A DNA stretch of 64,000 nucleotides, taken from positions 51,398,001 through 51,462,000 of the forward strand of contig NC_086381.1 of the NCBI RefSeq assembly GCF_036588685.1. The letters run 5' to 3'. The notes beneath the pieces were generated by a model, which was given only the letters and a program-made list of their open reading frames with translations, did no database searches and was not told the origin of the DNA. Numbering within the stretch: position 1 is the first letter of the stretch; each line of letters begins with the position of its first letter. The position numbers and the translations under genes were made by a program. Shown here piece by piece: positions 15,001 to 24,958 of this stretch. Source of the stretch: Mytilus trossulus (Eukaryota).

Positions 15001-15874
15001 TGAGAACAGAAATAGGGAATGTGTCAAAGGAATAACAACCCGACCAAAGAGGAAAAAACAGCCGAAGGCCACCGATGGGTCTTCAATACAAAGAAAACCC
15101 GCATCCGGAGGCATATAACTGTGTACATGTAATTTACTTGTCGATAGCCACATAAGAAAGAAAACCTTCTTTGAAAACCTAAGCGAATACGTGAATGGTG
15201 TCCGTTTGAGCTCATATTGTATTAGATTGTCCTGTTCTAAAAGCTATACTTGTCCTTTGGAAATTTTTTTTTTATTTGGTGATAACATTTATCGTTTATA
15301 GTGATGATTGAGATAAGAAAAACAGATTATTGTGTTGAAAAATTATCATAAACATGACTAAATCAAGTTCATTTAATGAGCAGCCTAGTTGGAGCACTAT
15401 GTTAGAACAGAAGTTTTGAATAAAACCGTATAATTATTGAAGGTTTGAAATGCATTAGACTTTGATTGCCAATTAAAAATGTAGTCATCATAGTTCTGTT
15501 GATGTGATGTGTCTTATAGACAGTGATATTTGCAAACAGTATTAGTATCTACAAAAAATATTAGACACATTGACCTTTTTCAAGCGTTTAACGATCTCTG
15601 AGGCAGATATAGTGAACTTACATTAAAAGCTTGTACGTTAAAGAGATGCATTCTATAAATTGACATACGAATTTATTTTACTTAAGTTCATAAAGTTTAC
15701 TTCAGTGCATGGAATATACACGATAAACAAGCCAATAGTTTTTTTAACACCTTTATAATGATTGTTCTACGAATGTCTTTTACAGGAACCAATTACCAAG
15801 TTTTGTTAAATACACAACGTGAATTTGCAAAAGATATAATTGGAAGGGAAAGAGATGGTGATCATTTAAAATAA
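1..15874 (+). CDS. TRPM-like (TRPM2-like/TRPS-like) cation channel, paralog A; 5'-partial, 17 exons: <1-36, 734-845, 1616-1712, 2437-2585, 3261-3374, 4693-4752, 5848-5950, 6383-6556, 6840-6939, 8256-8535, 10305-10373, 10976-11107, 11918-12169, 12946-13141, 13630-13789, 14780-14961, 15786-15874
   Basis: All junctions are GT-AG with a consistent phase chain and no in-frame stop until TAA 15872-15874. Motifs: GTADLVA (SLOG end), ITVFNI, AVISNHVDLAAELWSQCENPLLTALVA (MHR4), FISHPSAQ, FVTAPIIK (pre-S1), WNMLD (S3), FLRLL (S4), PYWQVYGEL (pore), NWLLLNIVIAMFS (S6), WRFHR...PSPL (TRP domain). Confidence 0.9.
275..488 (+). repeat. Interspersed repeat family A (3' part)
   Basis: gagcaggatctgct...gccatggctttgtcagt...tgaatgtccctctggtatctttcgcccctc; copies at 47750-47980 (+), 26320-26460 (-), 31225-31290 (-), 50170-50250 (-). 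Confidence 0.75.
734..845 (+). CDS. TRPM-like A exon: (D)MNKLKRKLPVMFSRRFSDDMFEKMKKVLDRILQKEWM
   Basis: ttttcag acceptor, gtattt donor; phase 2->0 bridges the flanking exons. Confidence 0.7.
1238..1460 (+). mobile_element. Hammerhead-bearing repeat, decayed core (GAAA lost)
   Basis: gagcgtcactgatgagtcttatgtaaacatgacgcgcatctggcgt...ggtaccttt; homologous to 17225-17360 (-). Confidence 0.75.
1616..1712 (+). CDS. TRPM-like A exon: ITVFNIKKNKDDELWGKITDGILRAWSFEKKK
   Basis: tttttacag acceptor; similar to the TRPM 'ITVF...D.D.AIL.ALLK' motif; phase 0->1. Confidence 0.75.
2437..2585 (+). CDS. TRPM-like A exon (MHR3 region): DDVSVTYDPILPTQIDF...SRKELFAG...QDFHQ
   Basis: Strong polypyrimidine acceptor tttttttccag; phase 1->0; the donor choice (gtgatt) is less certain. 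Confidence 0.6.
3261..3374 (+). CDS. TRPM-like A exon: HTFVNAFLGKRTDIIQQVLSVDAKFTLAEDQFQTLCRE
   Basis: Aligns by eye with TRPM 'AMMDAL..DRVDFVKLLLENG...FLT...L..LY'; ag/gtaata junctions. Confidence 0.7.
4693..4752 (+). CDS. TRPM-like A small exon: VVKSISSKTDNGMNGFTLVE
   Basis: ttttattgcag acceptor, gtatta donor, 60 nt phase 0-0; no motif support. Confidence 0.45.
4975..5315 (+). repeat. Interspersed repeat family F (tttgattttgccatttgattagggacttt), partly tandem
   Basis: Copies at 4495-4580, 20135-20230, 40290-40570, 58100-58210. Confidence 0.65.
5848..5950 (+). CDS. TRPM-like A exon: NVYPEAFTYLKEGKGPGFKNARDAVIKISNKLLQ
   Basis: tttgtttcag acceptor, gttagt donor, phase 0->1. Confidence 0.65.
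6383..6556 (+). CDS. TRPM-like A exon (MHR4 start): GICFSKFGMVTCCKT...RVAVISNHVDLAAELWSQCENPL
   Basis: Matches TRPM 'WAVL.NR..MA..FW....EP'; donor gtaaga. Confidence 0.85.
6840..6939 (+). CDS. TRPM-like A exon: LTALVAHTYLIALADKAESLYEEELNKNLLSHSR
   Basis: 'ALVA' MHR4 motif; cag/gtacgt junctions. Confidence 0.85.
8256..8535 (+). CDS. TRPM-like A exon: KFLSRAIKLLDKLFQKDEDMATKALDYTSEVWG...FISHPSAQ...
   Basis: Matches TRPM 'F...A.ELLD.CY..DE..A..LL......WG...L..A.......FIAHP..Q'. Confidence 0.9.
8648..9162 (+). repeat. Interspersed repeat family C (agatataggaagatg...gagacaactct) with nested MITE
   Basis: Copies at 24678-24960 (+), 935-1105 (-), 31835-32120 (-), 33340-33720, 55725-56190, 56990-57225. 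Confidence 0.75.
8924..9025. mobile_element. ~100-bp hairpin MITE nested in a family C repeat
   Basis: ~35-bp TIRs agtcggtttcacaaaaaaacgtatgactaagatt / aatcttagtcttaaggtttttttgtgaaatcgact; interrupts catcag|attcc, which is continuous at 24922-24932. Confidence 0.75.
9770..10207 (-). repeat. Interspersed repeat family D
   Basis: Reverse complement of aataaaggcaacagtagtataccgctgttcaaaactc... at 11311, 44968, 61136. Confidence 0.85.
10305..10373 (+). CDS. TRPM-like A pre-S1 exon: HHMNWKSTWKFVTAPIIKLVVNV
   Basis: 'F..AP..KF..N' motif; 69 nt, same length as paralog exon 63022-63090. Confidence 0.85.
10976..11107 (+). CDS. TRPM-like A S1-S2 exon
   Basis: VFFILALVLFSYFLTRDL...SVLEVMLFFYMIGDLLEELWSM. 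Confidence 0.9.
11311..11634 (+). repeat. Interspersed repeat family D
   Basis: Near-identical inverted partner of 9888-10207. Confidence 0.85.
11918..12169 (+). CDS. TRPM-like A S3-S4 exon
   Basis: WNMLDLFCIILYIVGF...RRLYSLALFIMFLRLLNVLLLIKRIGIIIIMIKEM. Confidence 0.92.
12946..13141 (+). CDS. TRPM-like A S5-pore exon
   Basis: LVDLVEYLVILILFMLAAGIVYQANIYPN...IPYWQVYGELYLDIIE. Confidence 0.92.
13630..13789 (+). CDS. TRPM-like A outer pore-S6 exon
   Basis: GSDDTGCTNNATLWNNDPSIKRCPTSDLIPPVIAATYMMLTNWLLLNIVIAMFS. Confidence 0.92.
13950..14204 (+). mobile_element. SINE (V-SINE-like core) with (AATC)n tail
   Basis: Degenerate B-box gagtccgaacacc, core ttttctccgggcattctggtgtcctccac, tail gatcaatcaatcaat; 5' fragment also at 7755-7858. 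Confidence 0.6.
14780..14961 (+). CDS. TRPM-like A TRP-domain exon
   Basis: ARFDLIKEKSSQKWRFHRHSVVIEYEHKIPSPLNIPFR...CLVPCFVCSSC. Confidence 0.9.
15786..15874 (+). CDS. TRPM-like A terminal coding exon: GTNYQVLLNTQREFAKDIIGRERDGDHLK*
   Basis: ttttacag acceptor, phase 1; homologous to the last exon of paralog B (ERQFAKVII). Confidence 0.75.
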
Positions 15875-17224
15875 CTTGAACGTATTGAATATTAACAAGG
15901 ATAAGTGAAATTTTTATTTCTTGTTGATTAAATGAACAGATGTTTTAGCGATATTTTACTTTAGCTGTTGACCTGATAATGTTTGGGTTGACTCTTTTTT
16001 TTCTAATCTTGCTTTATTGTAATTTTACTGTGTGTTTCATATTATTTCTTTTTAACTTTGTGAAACTTCAAACAGTAAACTATGTATGTTTTTGTGAATG
16101 CATTATAATAAATCTATATAATACTAATGGAAGATTTTTTAGAGCCACAACTCCTCTCAAACCATACAAATTTTTTTGTACTTCCTAAATTTGTCTTTGA
16201 AACAATGATTTTTCAACAGAAAACGGAAATTTTTTAGAAAATATTCAAATTCGGGTACCGTTATCTATCTGTGTCTTATACACGTTGGAGCATGCTAAGT
16301 CGACGTACTGCCCGCGATAAGAAGAAATGATATAAGGGAGGACAGTTAGACCTTTACGGGTTCTGTATTGTATTGTAAGTTCATCCTTTTGATGAATTAA
16401 ACGACATTTACCCTTTTCACTCGGATGCAGAACTGTCCCAAAATGATATAGAAGTTGGACGTGTCGAAGTGATCCCCCCTTTTCATGTGTGAACACAGGC
16501 TTCTGACGTTTGACCCCCCCTTCATGTTTTACAACTTTCGGGCATCTTCTAGTATCACAAATAAAAATCTTATTTACGCAACACAACATATGTATTCCAA
16601 ACGTTCTCTTAGATCACTGTATATACATTCCAAATCCCATTGCAAATACAATGTATATGCAGTCAGTGAACATTCATTAATCTCTCTACATGTTAATGAT
16701 TATCCATATGTTTAAACAAGGAGATGTGGACAATGTGTCAATGACAATGGTATAACTTTCTAACAGAGACAAACTAATATAGAAGTTTGTATCAATTGGC
16801 CACGGTAGAGTTTATTGCATATCACTGGCAAATTATATAAGGCCCTTACTTGAAAAGTAAACCAGTTGAGACGAGTAGCAAATTTTATGCCAGTAAATAC
16901 AGTAAGTGAACCAGTAAATTATCTTTTTGTAGATGGTAACGTTCGCTTGTCAATATGTTATTGTGTATATATTTTTTGACTTATTCGAGTCGGTCGTGTA
17001 TGTAACGACGTATTTGGTTTAAGACATCTCTGTTTTACACCAGAGTTTTCGATTTTACAAACAAGAAAGCACATTTAGTAGGTTTCATCATCGGTATTAG
17101 AACACCATGCATAGATATTTATCAACATGCCGACATCTTATACTTTCAGGTATTTTACATTCAATATTTTATGGTTATATTCTTTATAAAGCACAAACAT
17201 GTCTGCATTTACCAGCTAACCAAA

Positions 17225-17362
17225 TAGTTATCAAAGGTACCAGGATTATAATTTGATACGCCAGACGCGCGTTTCGTCTACATAAGACTCATCAGTGACG
17301 CTCAGATCAAAACAGTTAAAAATCCAAACAAATACAAAGTTGAAGAGCATTGATGAACCAAA
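17225..17362 (-). mobile_element. Hammerhead-bearing repeat (retrozyme/PLE-like) fragment
   Basis: Reverse-complement homolog of 1320-1460 and 41040-41180. Confidence 0.75.
17252..17311 (-). ncRNA. Type I hammerhead ribozyme (apparently intact) in an interspersed repeat
   Basis: Minus strand: UUUGAU-cuga-GCGUCA CUGAUGA GUCU-uaugu-AGAC GAAA CGCGCG UC^ UGGCGU-AUCAAA. Full catalytic core, stems I and II, palindromic stem III (ACGCGCGU), GUC cleavage triplet. Confidence 0.88.
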
Positions 17363-17574
17363 CAGTTAAACAGATTATTTAGAAAATATATACTGTTGTA
17401 AGGTCATTAAGAATGACATATTTTGGCATTAATATTGATTCATTCAAAGGGTCTTTGAATCGAAAAAAAATAATTTATTCTTGGTATTTTAAAACTGTTT
17501 GTTGGCATGATACGGGTAAAATTCTTCTCATTTTGCTTAGTTTTTTATTACTTTTTCAGAATTCAGACAAAGGA

Positions 17575-17958
17575 CTCGGACTCTTTTAACCTGAGTTTTA
17601 CTGTGCGTATTGCTGTTTGTTTATTTATTCAACATTGGCTAGAGTGTAAGGGGATTGTTTGGATCTCACAAAACATGTTTAACCCCGCTGTTTTGGGCGG
17701 ATGTCCAAAGTTAGTAGCATCTTGTCTTTCTTAGTCTAGTATATTTTAAACTTTAGTTCATTTATATGTTTTAGAGTTGATTATGGCATCCTTTATCATT
17801 GAAACAGTACACATTTGTTAGAGGCCAGCTAAGACCCACCTTCGGGTGTATGATTCTACTGCTGCATTGAAGACCCGTTGATGGCCTTTGGCTGCTGTCT
17901 ACTCTATGGTCGGGTTGTTTTTTCTATGACATACTTTCTTTTTTCATTCTCAATTTTA
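17575..17958 (-). repeat. Interspersed repeat family E (aaattgagaatggaaatggggaatgtgtcaaagagacaacaacccgacc)
   Basis: Copies at 2998-3068 (+), 14997-15110 (+), 62280-62400 (-), 62697-63010 (+). Confidence 0.7.
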
Positions 17959-19046
17959 GTTATATTTCTAAAGAATATGATTTTAAGAAAAAATACTCTT
18001 ACTCATTTTTATTCAAAACATTATATTACAGAGTAATACTTTCATAATATTGATCTATTCATGCTAAAATAACTTAACTACAGCACACATATAAATAGAG
18101 AATAGAAACAATTACTGTTTAAAAAAAAAAATTCAACGTTAGCACATGGAACTGCAAATATATTAGCTTGAGATGCTTAATATATATATCTTAAAATGAT
18201 TTCCATCTGAAACAACATCCCAAAAGATATGAAATTAGAAGAAGTTTACTTTATTTTAATTGCTTGCTTCCAGCAACCAATTCCCCCGACATATTTTCCG
18301 TATGCAAAGTGACCTCAGTGTGACCCATCTCGTAAAAATCCGGTGATCACAATACGCATGAATGTCCTTAAAATAAACTTTTATCTGAATTCACATGTTA
18401 AACACGTGCTCTCTTTCCATGCTTTTTTGTTTATTTTGTGTCGATTGTTGACAAACAGGTGACCATCGTTTAACTTCGGCTTCAAAACACGAACTTTAAT
18501 TACCTGCCATATTTTCACAACAACACTGACCGATTGAAAAAAAAATTGACGATTATACGAAATTTACACGAAAAAAATGATAAATTCGTGCACAGAAGAC
18601 TAAGTTTATGATGTTTGTATACATTGGTTCAAGAATTGCAAGAACATAATTTTCCACCGGTCACTCGTTTCTTATGACTTTAACATCCTATCATGAGACA
18701 AACGCGGCACTGATAAATAATTAAGATGAGTACAACTGTATATTGAAACATATGAAACAAGAATTATGTTCATCATACACGGTGTCCCTTCATAATATTA
18801 TTATTTCATTCGTGTTAAGGTCTTGTTGGTATATGTTTTTTGACGTTTAGTATTCAACGAACGGAAGAACAGATGTATGCACAGAAATTTTTGTTATTTT
18901 TTTTTTAACTTATTTGGTTAGTTTAGTATTTCAAATTTGTCATGTGATAAGCACTAGATGGAAATGATTGGTGCATCTGATCACATGTATTGATTATTCA
19001 CTGAATAGGAGGCTGTGTTCAATAGATAATCAATCATTTAAGTTAT

Positions 19047-19184
19047 AGATAATGCATATTTTAAGGTTTTTCTTTCGAAGAACACACCGAGGGGTGTCAT
19101 TATTGTTCAAATGAAAGACCAGGTGGTTTTTTTTTTTTTGCAATCCTGACACCCCAAGAAAGAACATTAAAATATGCATTATCT
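19047..19184. repeat. Imperfect palindrome / MITE remnant
   Basis: agataatgcatattttaa ... ggggtgtca ... tgacacccc ... ttaaaatatgcattatct. Confidence 0.65.
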
Positions 19185-21442
19185 GACCTATATACCGTCA
19201 AACAATATCATTTTTTTTATAAAGATTTGCAAAATTAAGCATCCTATCTTACCGATCACAATAAGGAGGGACATTCCTTTCTAATACGTTCAGGTTTTAA
19301 TACGCCTTATGGCTCATTTCCAATGTGAAATAAAACTCACTTAGTAATCTAGATACAAACCTTTAACATTATTATTCATATAGAATAAAAGTATTACTGT
19401 AACTGCATGAAGAAAGACACAAATAAGTTGTTACCTTTCGATGATGGTGTATGACAAATACAAAACACATTGTAAGTAATTCTTTGTATCACCTTAGTAT
19501 ATGGGGGCTATGTTTTTTTTTTCATTTGTAATGACATTTCTATCGCAGAAAATTGATTACTTTTTCAACATTTTCAATTGAATCGAATTAAATATTCAGA
19601 AAAATTGTATTTAGCATAGCAATTTGTTTTTTTTACAGATAATCAGGATATAACTATTTATCCTCCCCGCCCACCTGTTTGTGAGTTACGTGAATGTCAT
19701 TCTTTTATTAGTTGATAATTTGATTGAGTAAATGTTTACATGAATTTAAAAAAGTTAAGAACTGACATGAAGACGAATATAAATACATTTAGGTCATGAT
19801 TTCCTATTCAGTATGTATAGTCCTGAACAAGTGTGAAATATTTACCACTGGACGTTAAGCAACCAACAACTAATCAACTTAATCAGTGTGACTTAATAAG
19901 ATTCTCAAAATCTTACACACAAATATGTTAAATCTGGCTTTATTCTATGATAATTTAAATTAAAATTCATATCTCATATATGAAGATGTATTGGAGTGAT
20001 AACTTAACAAAACTTCACATTATTTGTTTCAAAATTAAAATGTTGGCAATGACATTTTTATTACACCTATGATTGATTGAACATATTGTACAACAGGAAA
20101 TACCCGGTATCAAGTTAAGAATGGGAAAATTGTTTTCCTTTCGTTTGATGTTATAAATTTCGAGCAGTTGAATTGACATTTAAAAGGGACATTTTTCTAA
20201 GTTCAATATTTTAGTTATTCTACTTTTTCCTTTCGAATATGTCTTTTCAAACAACAAATATGTTTTGTGTTTTAAAGTTTTAAGATACCAAACAATAAGT
20301 TATCTTTATATCGAAAAAAAAAGGCAACAGTCGTATACCCTCGAGAAACTCATTCATTGTCAACGCAGATCTTTATTTAAAAAAAGGACATTGTTTGATA
20401 GATGATCATTGAAACGCTCTCGCTCAGTGTAAAACAATTGTCATAAAAGGCCAACCCATGGTGAAATCACGATATATTTAAGCCCCCACGAATTATTTCT
20501 TAAGTATTCATTAACATGTATATTATTGAGAGACAAAATATCATAAATACATCTGAAAGGGAATTGACGGACAACGTTTTTTCTCTAATGATGTTCTTAA
20601 AATTGGCTGAATAAAATTGTGTTATGACTTCAGCATTTAATGTTTTAAAAATTTTCCAATTATATAAGCTCGTTACCTTAAAAAATGAGTTTGCTAGTGG
20701 TTCAATCTTTGTTCTCAAACTTTATGATTCAATAAAAAGTTTAATTATCTCATTTTTGTTCTAAAACATAATTCAAAGACTTACCTTACTAATCGTTTGT
20801 GGAAATTTCCACCATTTTCAAATAATTTCGTTTTACATTAATTCAATCTCATTGAACAGGTAAGTGTATAACACATTTCATTTAAATAGAAGTATTAAAA
20901 TAAAGTTTAATCATTCAGTTTAATATTGAATATTTTACAAATAGTGCAATAAAACTCTTTTCATTTATTGTTGAGCAGAAAAATGAATTCATCGACATTT
21001 AAAATGGAGATCAATTATATCATATATTGAGACGCAGTCATATTGTATCACCAGGAAGAAAATCATTTGTACTTTGTGACAGATCATATCGTCGTTTAGA
21101 AATCTGAAATTAGAGGGTCTGAAATTTAAACGACGCCGAAAATAATTATTGTACATTGACAAAATGAAATACCGAAAAGTTGGATTTGAACTGATTTGAT
21201 AATTATGTACTTATAGATTTATAATTTATTACATGGTATATTCTATATCAAGCCAGAGGGCTTTAGTCTGAGGGCTTGATATGGATCGTGGCCTGATATC
21301 ATGGACCATATGGAAAATGACATGTACTAATCTATTTATTACATATTTTCAAGCAGGAGAAAAAAATATAGCATATCCCAAATTATGTTTGATATTTTCA
21401 ACAAAAAATCAAAAAAACAGTAAACGAACAAAAAATGCATCT

Positions 21443-21517
21443 AAGTTCGCATCACAGTGAGTTAACAAAGTTCGCACCACACTGAGTAAACAAAATTCGC
21501 ATCACAGGGAATTAACA
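21443..21517 (+). repeat. 25-bp tandem repeat x3
   Basis: aagttcgcatcacagtgagttaaca / aagttcgcaccacactgagtaaaca / aaattcgcatcacagggaattaaca. Confidence 0.8.
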
Positions 21518-22084
21518 CAGTTTTGTGAAAAGTTTAACAAATAATTTACCATGAATATATTAGTTCTCAGAATTGTAAATACATGAAATAAGAAGGGACT
21601 TAAAGTGTTACAATTAATGCGGAGGAAGAATATATCATAATGAGAAAATATGTTCCATATGAACTTTCGATGACATACAACAATTACTTTTCTATTGTGG
21701 CGTCATATATTTTCTTAATTCTTTAAAACGTCAAAAATTTAAAGGAATTTTTGTGATTTCCACTGTTGATTTTTACATTTTATCTACTACAGCAGATTCG
21801 TAACTTTCTATTTCTTTTCATCGTGTTTTCAATGTTTAGTTGTATAAACGTAAGTGCATCGTCATTTCATCTGCGAGAAACCTGTCCCGGTCGTCTAGCT
21901 GCTTCGGATGACAACTTGTTCACATATACTTTTTTATTTACAGGATACCGGAAGTTAAACTTGGAAGCTCTATATGGATTTCGATATTGGCCCCGAGGGC
22001 TGATAACCAACATTGACTTCCTGCTACTTATTGGACATAAAAAAACGTTCATATCAGTACACAATATGTGATAATACCAGATTA

Positions 22085-22202
22085 TAACATGGCATTTTTC
22101 ATATCGTATGTATTATTATCCCTAGATTTTAATATTAACCCAAGAGCCGCATATGTTGACAGAAGGCTAACAATACATGCGATATGAAAAATTACTTGTT
22201 AT
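22085..22202. repeat. Imperfect palindrome
   Basis: ataacatggcatttttcatatcgtatgtatt ... aatacatgcgatatgaaaaattacttgttat. Confidence 0.6.
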
Positions 22203-24677
22203 GATATTTTTATTGTATGCTTCAACAGTGGAGAAAAATAACAGATTCATATATTGATCCTTTTACGTGGTTTCCAAAAAGAAGTTCAAAGACTTAAAGT
22301 TCAAGGACGTTGGACCCCAAATTTAGTTCATTCGATATGGTATCTTTCTATCATATGCCTCAACAGAGACGAAAAACATTTTTATATGGACAAATCTAAA
22401 AACAAAAACAAAAATGCATCAACAATATACATATTGAACACTGTTTCAAAAGTAACTTTTTAAATGTTAAAAAATGCATTTACTTTATAATTTTTTTATT
22501 TTCATTATATAACACATTATTCATTCCAGTATCCAAATAATTGTTTTGTACACTATCTTGTAATGTTTTTCACTGAAAACGAAAAACGTGGCATCGGGTG
22601 TATTTTCTGGAATTTGTCGAATATCACCGGAATGCCATGTGATAACGTTACGGAAAGGTATGTGATAACGTTCGAAGCATGTGATAAACTTTTGATATCA
22701 GCCCGCTAAGCCCAAATTCGAAAAACATGGAAGTTACTTAAACTTAATGCTATTATCATATAGTAAAAATCATATGTTATTCAGTCTAAGTATATGATAA
22801 AATTAACTATCCATGTTTTTTAACATCTATATATTGATATTAACCTACCTTTCGTTTTTTTTTTCTGTTAACGAAATCGAACCTAAAATCTTCAATTCAA
22901 AAAGACAGACACCAAAATCATAACAAAAAATCACCAAACATATGAAACAAAAACAATTTACATTATTAATGCTCACAGAAAACTGGATGAGGATCGCTAC
23001 AGATATAGCAATATTTTTTCACCATTGATTTTTTAAAAAATTGCATACATTCACTATGCAATGGCCTCTATAAAAATTTGAGTTAAAAATAGTTTGACAC
23101 CAGACTCGTTTCCATGGTAACGGTAACTAAAGTTGGTACATCATGTGTATGTATAAATATATACCTAATGTAGAAACTCTGGATTTTTTTCAAGCCTTTG
23201 AAAGTATTTTGAAAGGTTTGTTCTTCATTTATTACTAGATTATTATTCAAAATGAAAATAAACACAAGTTATTGCAGTTTTATTCATATTTATTCAATTT
23301 CGGCTCCAATTTCATCAACACTGCTGCACACAAAAAAACACAGATTTTGTTAAACATTCCCTTTTTTCTAAAATTTCCAAACATGTCCTATGATTTTTTT
23401 TTAATTTACCATAGAATGGTCAAAACAATTAGCTTTGAAAAATAAAAAAATAAAATATGGTTCACCAGATTATTCTGTTTTACCTAAAAACGTTTTTGTG
23501 ATATACACAGTGAGAACAGCTGGTTTGTGTATATCTTTCAAAATAGTGTGTACAAAGTGTAACACATGTTGTCATATTCTTTGTTAAAAATACACAGAAT
23601 AATACAGTTTCACAAAACAAACAAATGTTTGTTACTATGACAAACGGTTACCATGGCAACAGAACAAGAAGTTTGTAAGATCAAGTTATTTGCAAATATT
23701 TGCATTTTGTTGAAGTGCACGACTTACTCTCTAACTGACAAATGCCTTGATTTCAGAGCTACAACACATGATTTCTATGTGAATGTATCAAATATTATGA
23801 TAATGCAGCTTATATAAGCAATACTGTGGTCTTAAAAGAGGAAAATAATTACTGGGCAGCTACGGAAAATAAACTTTTATGTTTTTCTTACAATTATCGA
23901 TTAATAGATATCTGACCATTCATGCAAGTTAATTGATAAAAAAAACTATCACCCTGTTCTTAATTAATGATTAAGTTTGATAAAACATAATGATGCCATG
24001 TTTTATACTTTCAGTTTTCGTAGTAGCATAACAAAAAATGAGGAAATTATAACTTTTACAAAGGTTTTCAACTTTCATCAATAATTAAGCCACAATATAA
24101 TAGACTATTTGAAAGATATGTATATAGTTACTCCTCTATCAATCTGATTCAGCGAAACACTGATTTATAGTCAAAGCATTATTACAGTTCACTTTGTTCC
24201 CAGTCAAATTGTGAATCCTTCTACATTGAATAGTACAGTTTGCTCCCAGTTACATATATCATTTTACTCGTCTCAGTGGTATTACGAAAAGAAGATACCA
24301 TTTATTTTGCACGTGTCATTTAAAATGTCACATCTTTATATATAACAACCCTGGAATAGCTTTGATCCCCTGACAGCTGCTCCCATAGTGATGTTATTAT
24401 TTCATGAAGGACATTGATCTCTATATATATTATAAAGAATATGAGAAGGAATTTGCTGAATGTCACAAGCACTAAAGCAAACGTTTACTTCAATTTCTAT
24501 TTCGTATTTTGTTCCTTCCTTAAATTTGAACTTTGTGAGATATGGAACGCCACAGCTGTCTTATGTGGAACTCTGATATTACGTTATGTTGTTTTATTAT
24601 AACTTGATGATAATTTGTTTTTACATAATATGGTTTTGACATTACGTAATGATGTTTTGAAATAACTCACTATGGAA

Positions 24678-24958
24678 TAGATATAGGAAGATGTGGTGTG
24701 AGTGCCAATGAGACAACTCTCCATCCAAATAACAATTTTAAAAGTAAACCATTAAGGGTTAAAGTACGGTATTCAACACGGAGCTTTGGCTCACACCGAA
24801 CAACAAGCTATAAAGGGCCCCAAAATTACTAGTGTAAAACCATTCAAACGGGAAAACCAACGGTATAATCTATATAAACAAAACGAGAAACGATAAACAC
24901 GTATATATTACATAAACTGTACATCAGATTCCTGACTTAGGACAGGTACAAACATTGC
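24678..24958 (+). repeat. Interspersed repeat family C copy
   Basis: High similarity to 8648-9060. Confidence 0.75.

Noticed and set aside
16245-16715. 114-aa and 76-aa ORFs after channel A (possible further C-terminal exons)
   Set aside because: No recognisable domain, no homologous segment in paralog B, and an in-frame stop already at 15872
21443-21517. CRISPR-like repeats
   Set aside because: Adjacent 25-bp units without spacers, eukaryotic context, no cas genes
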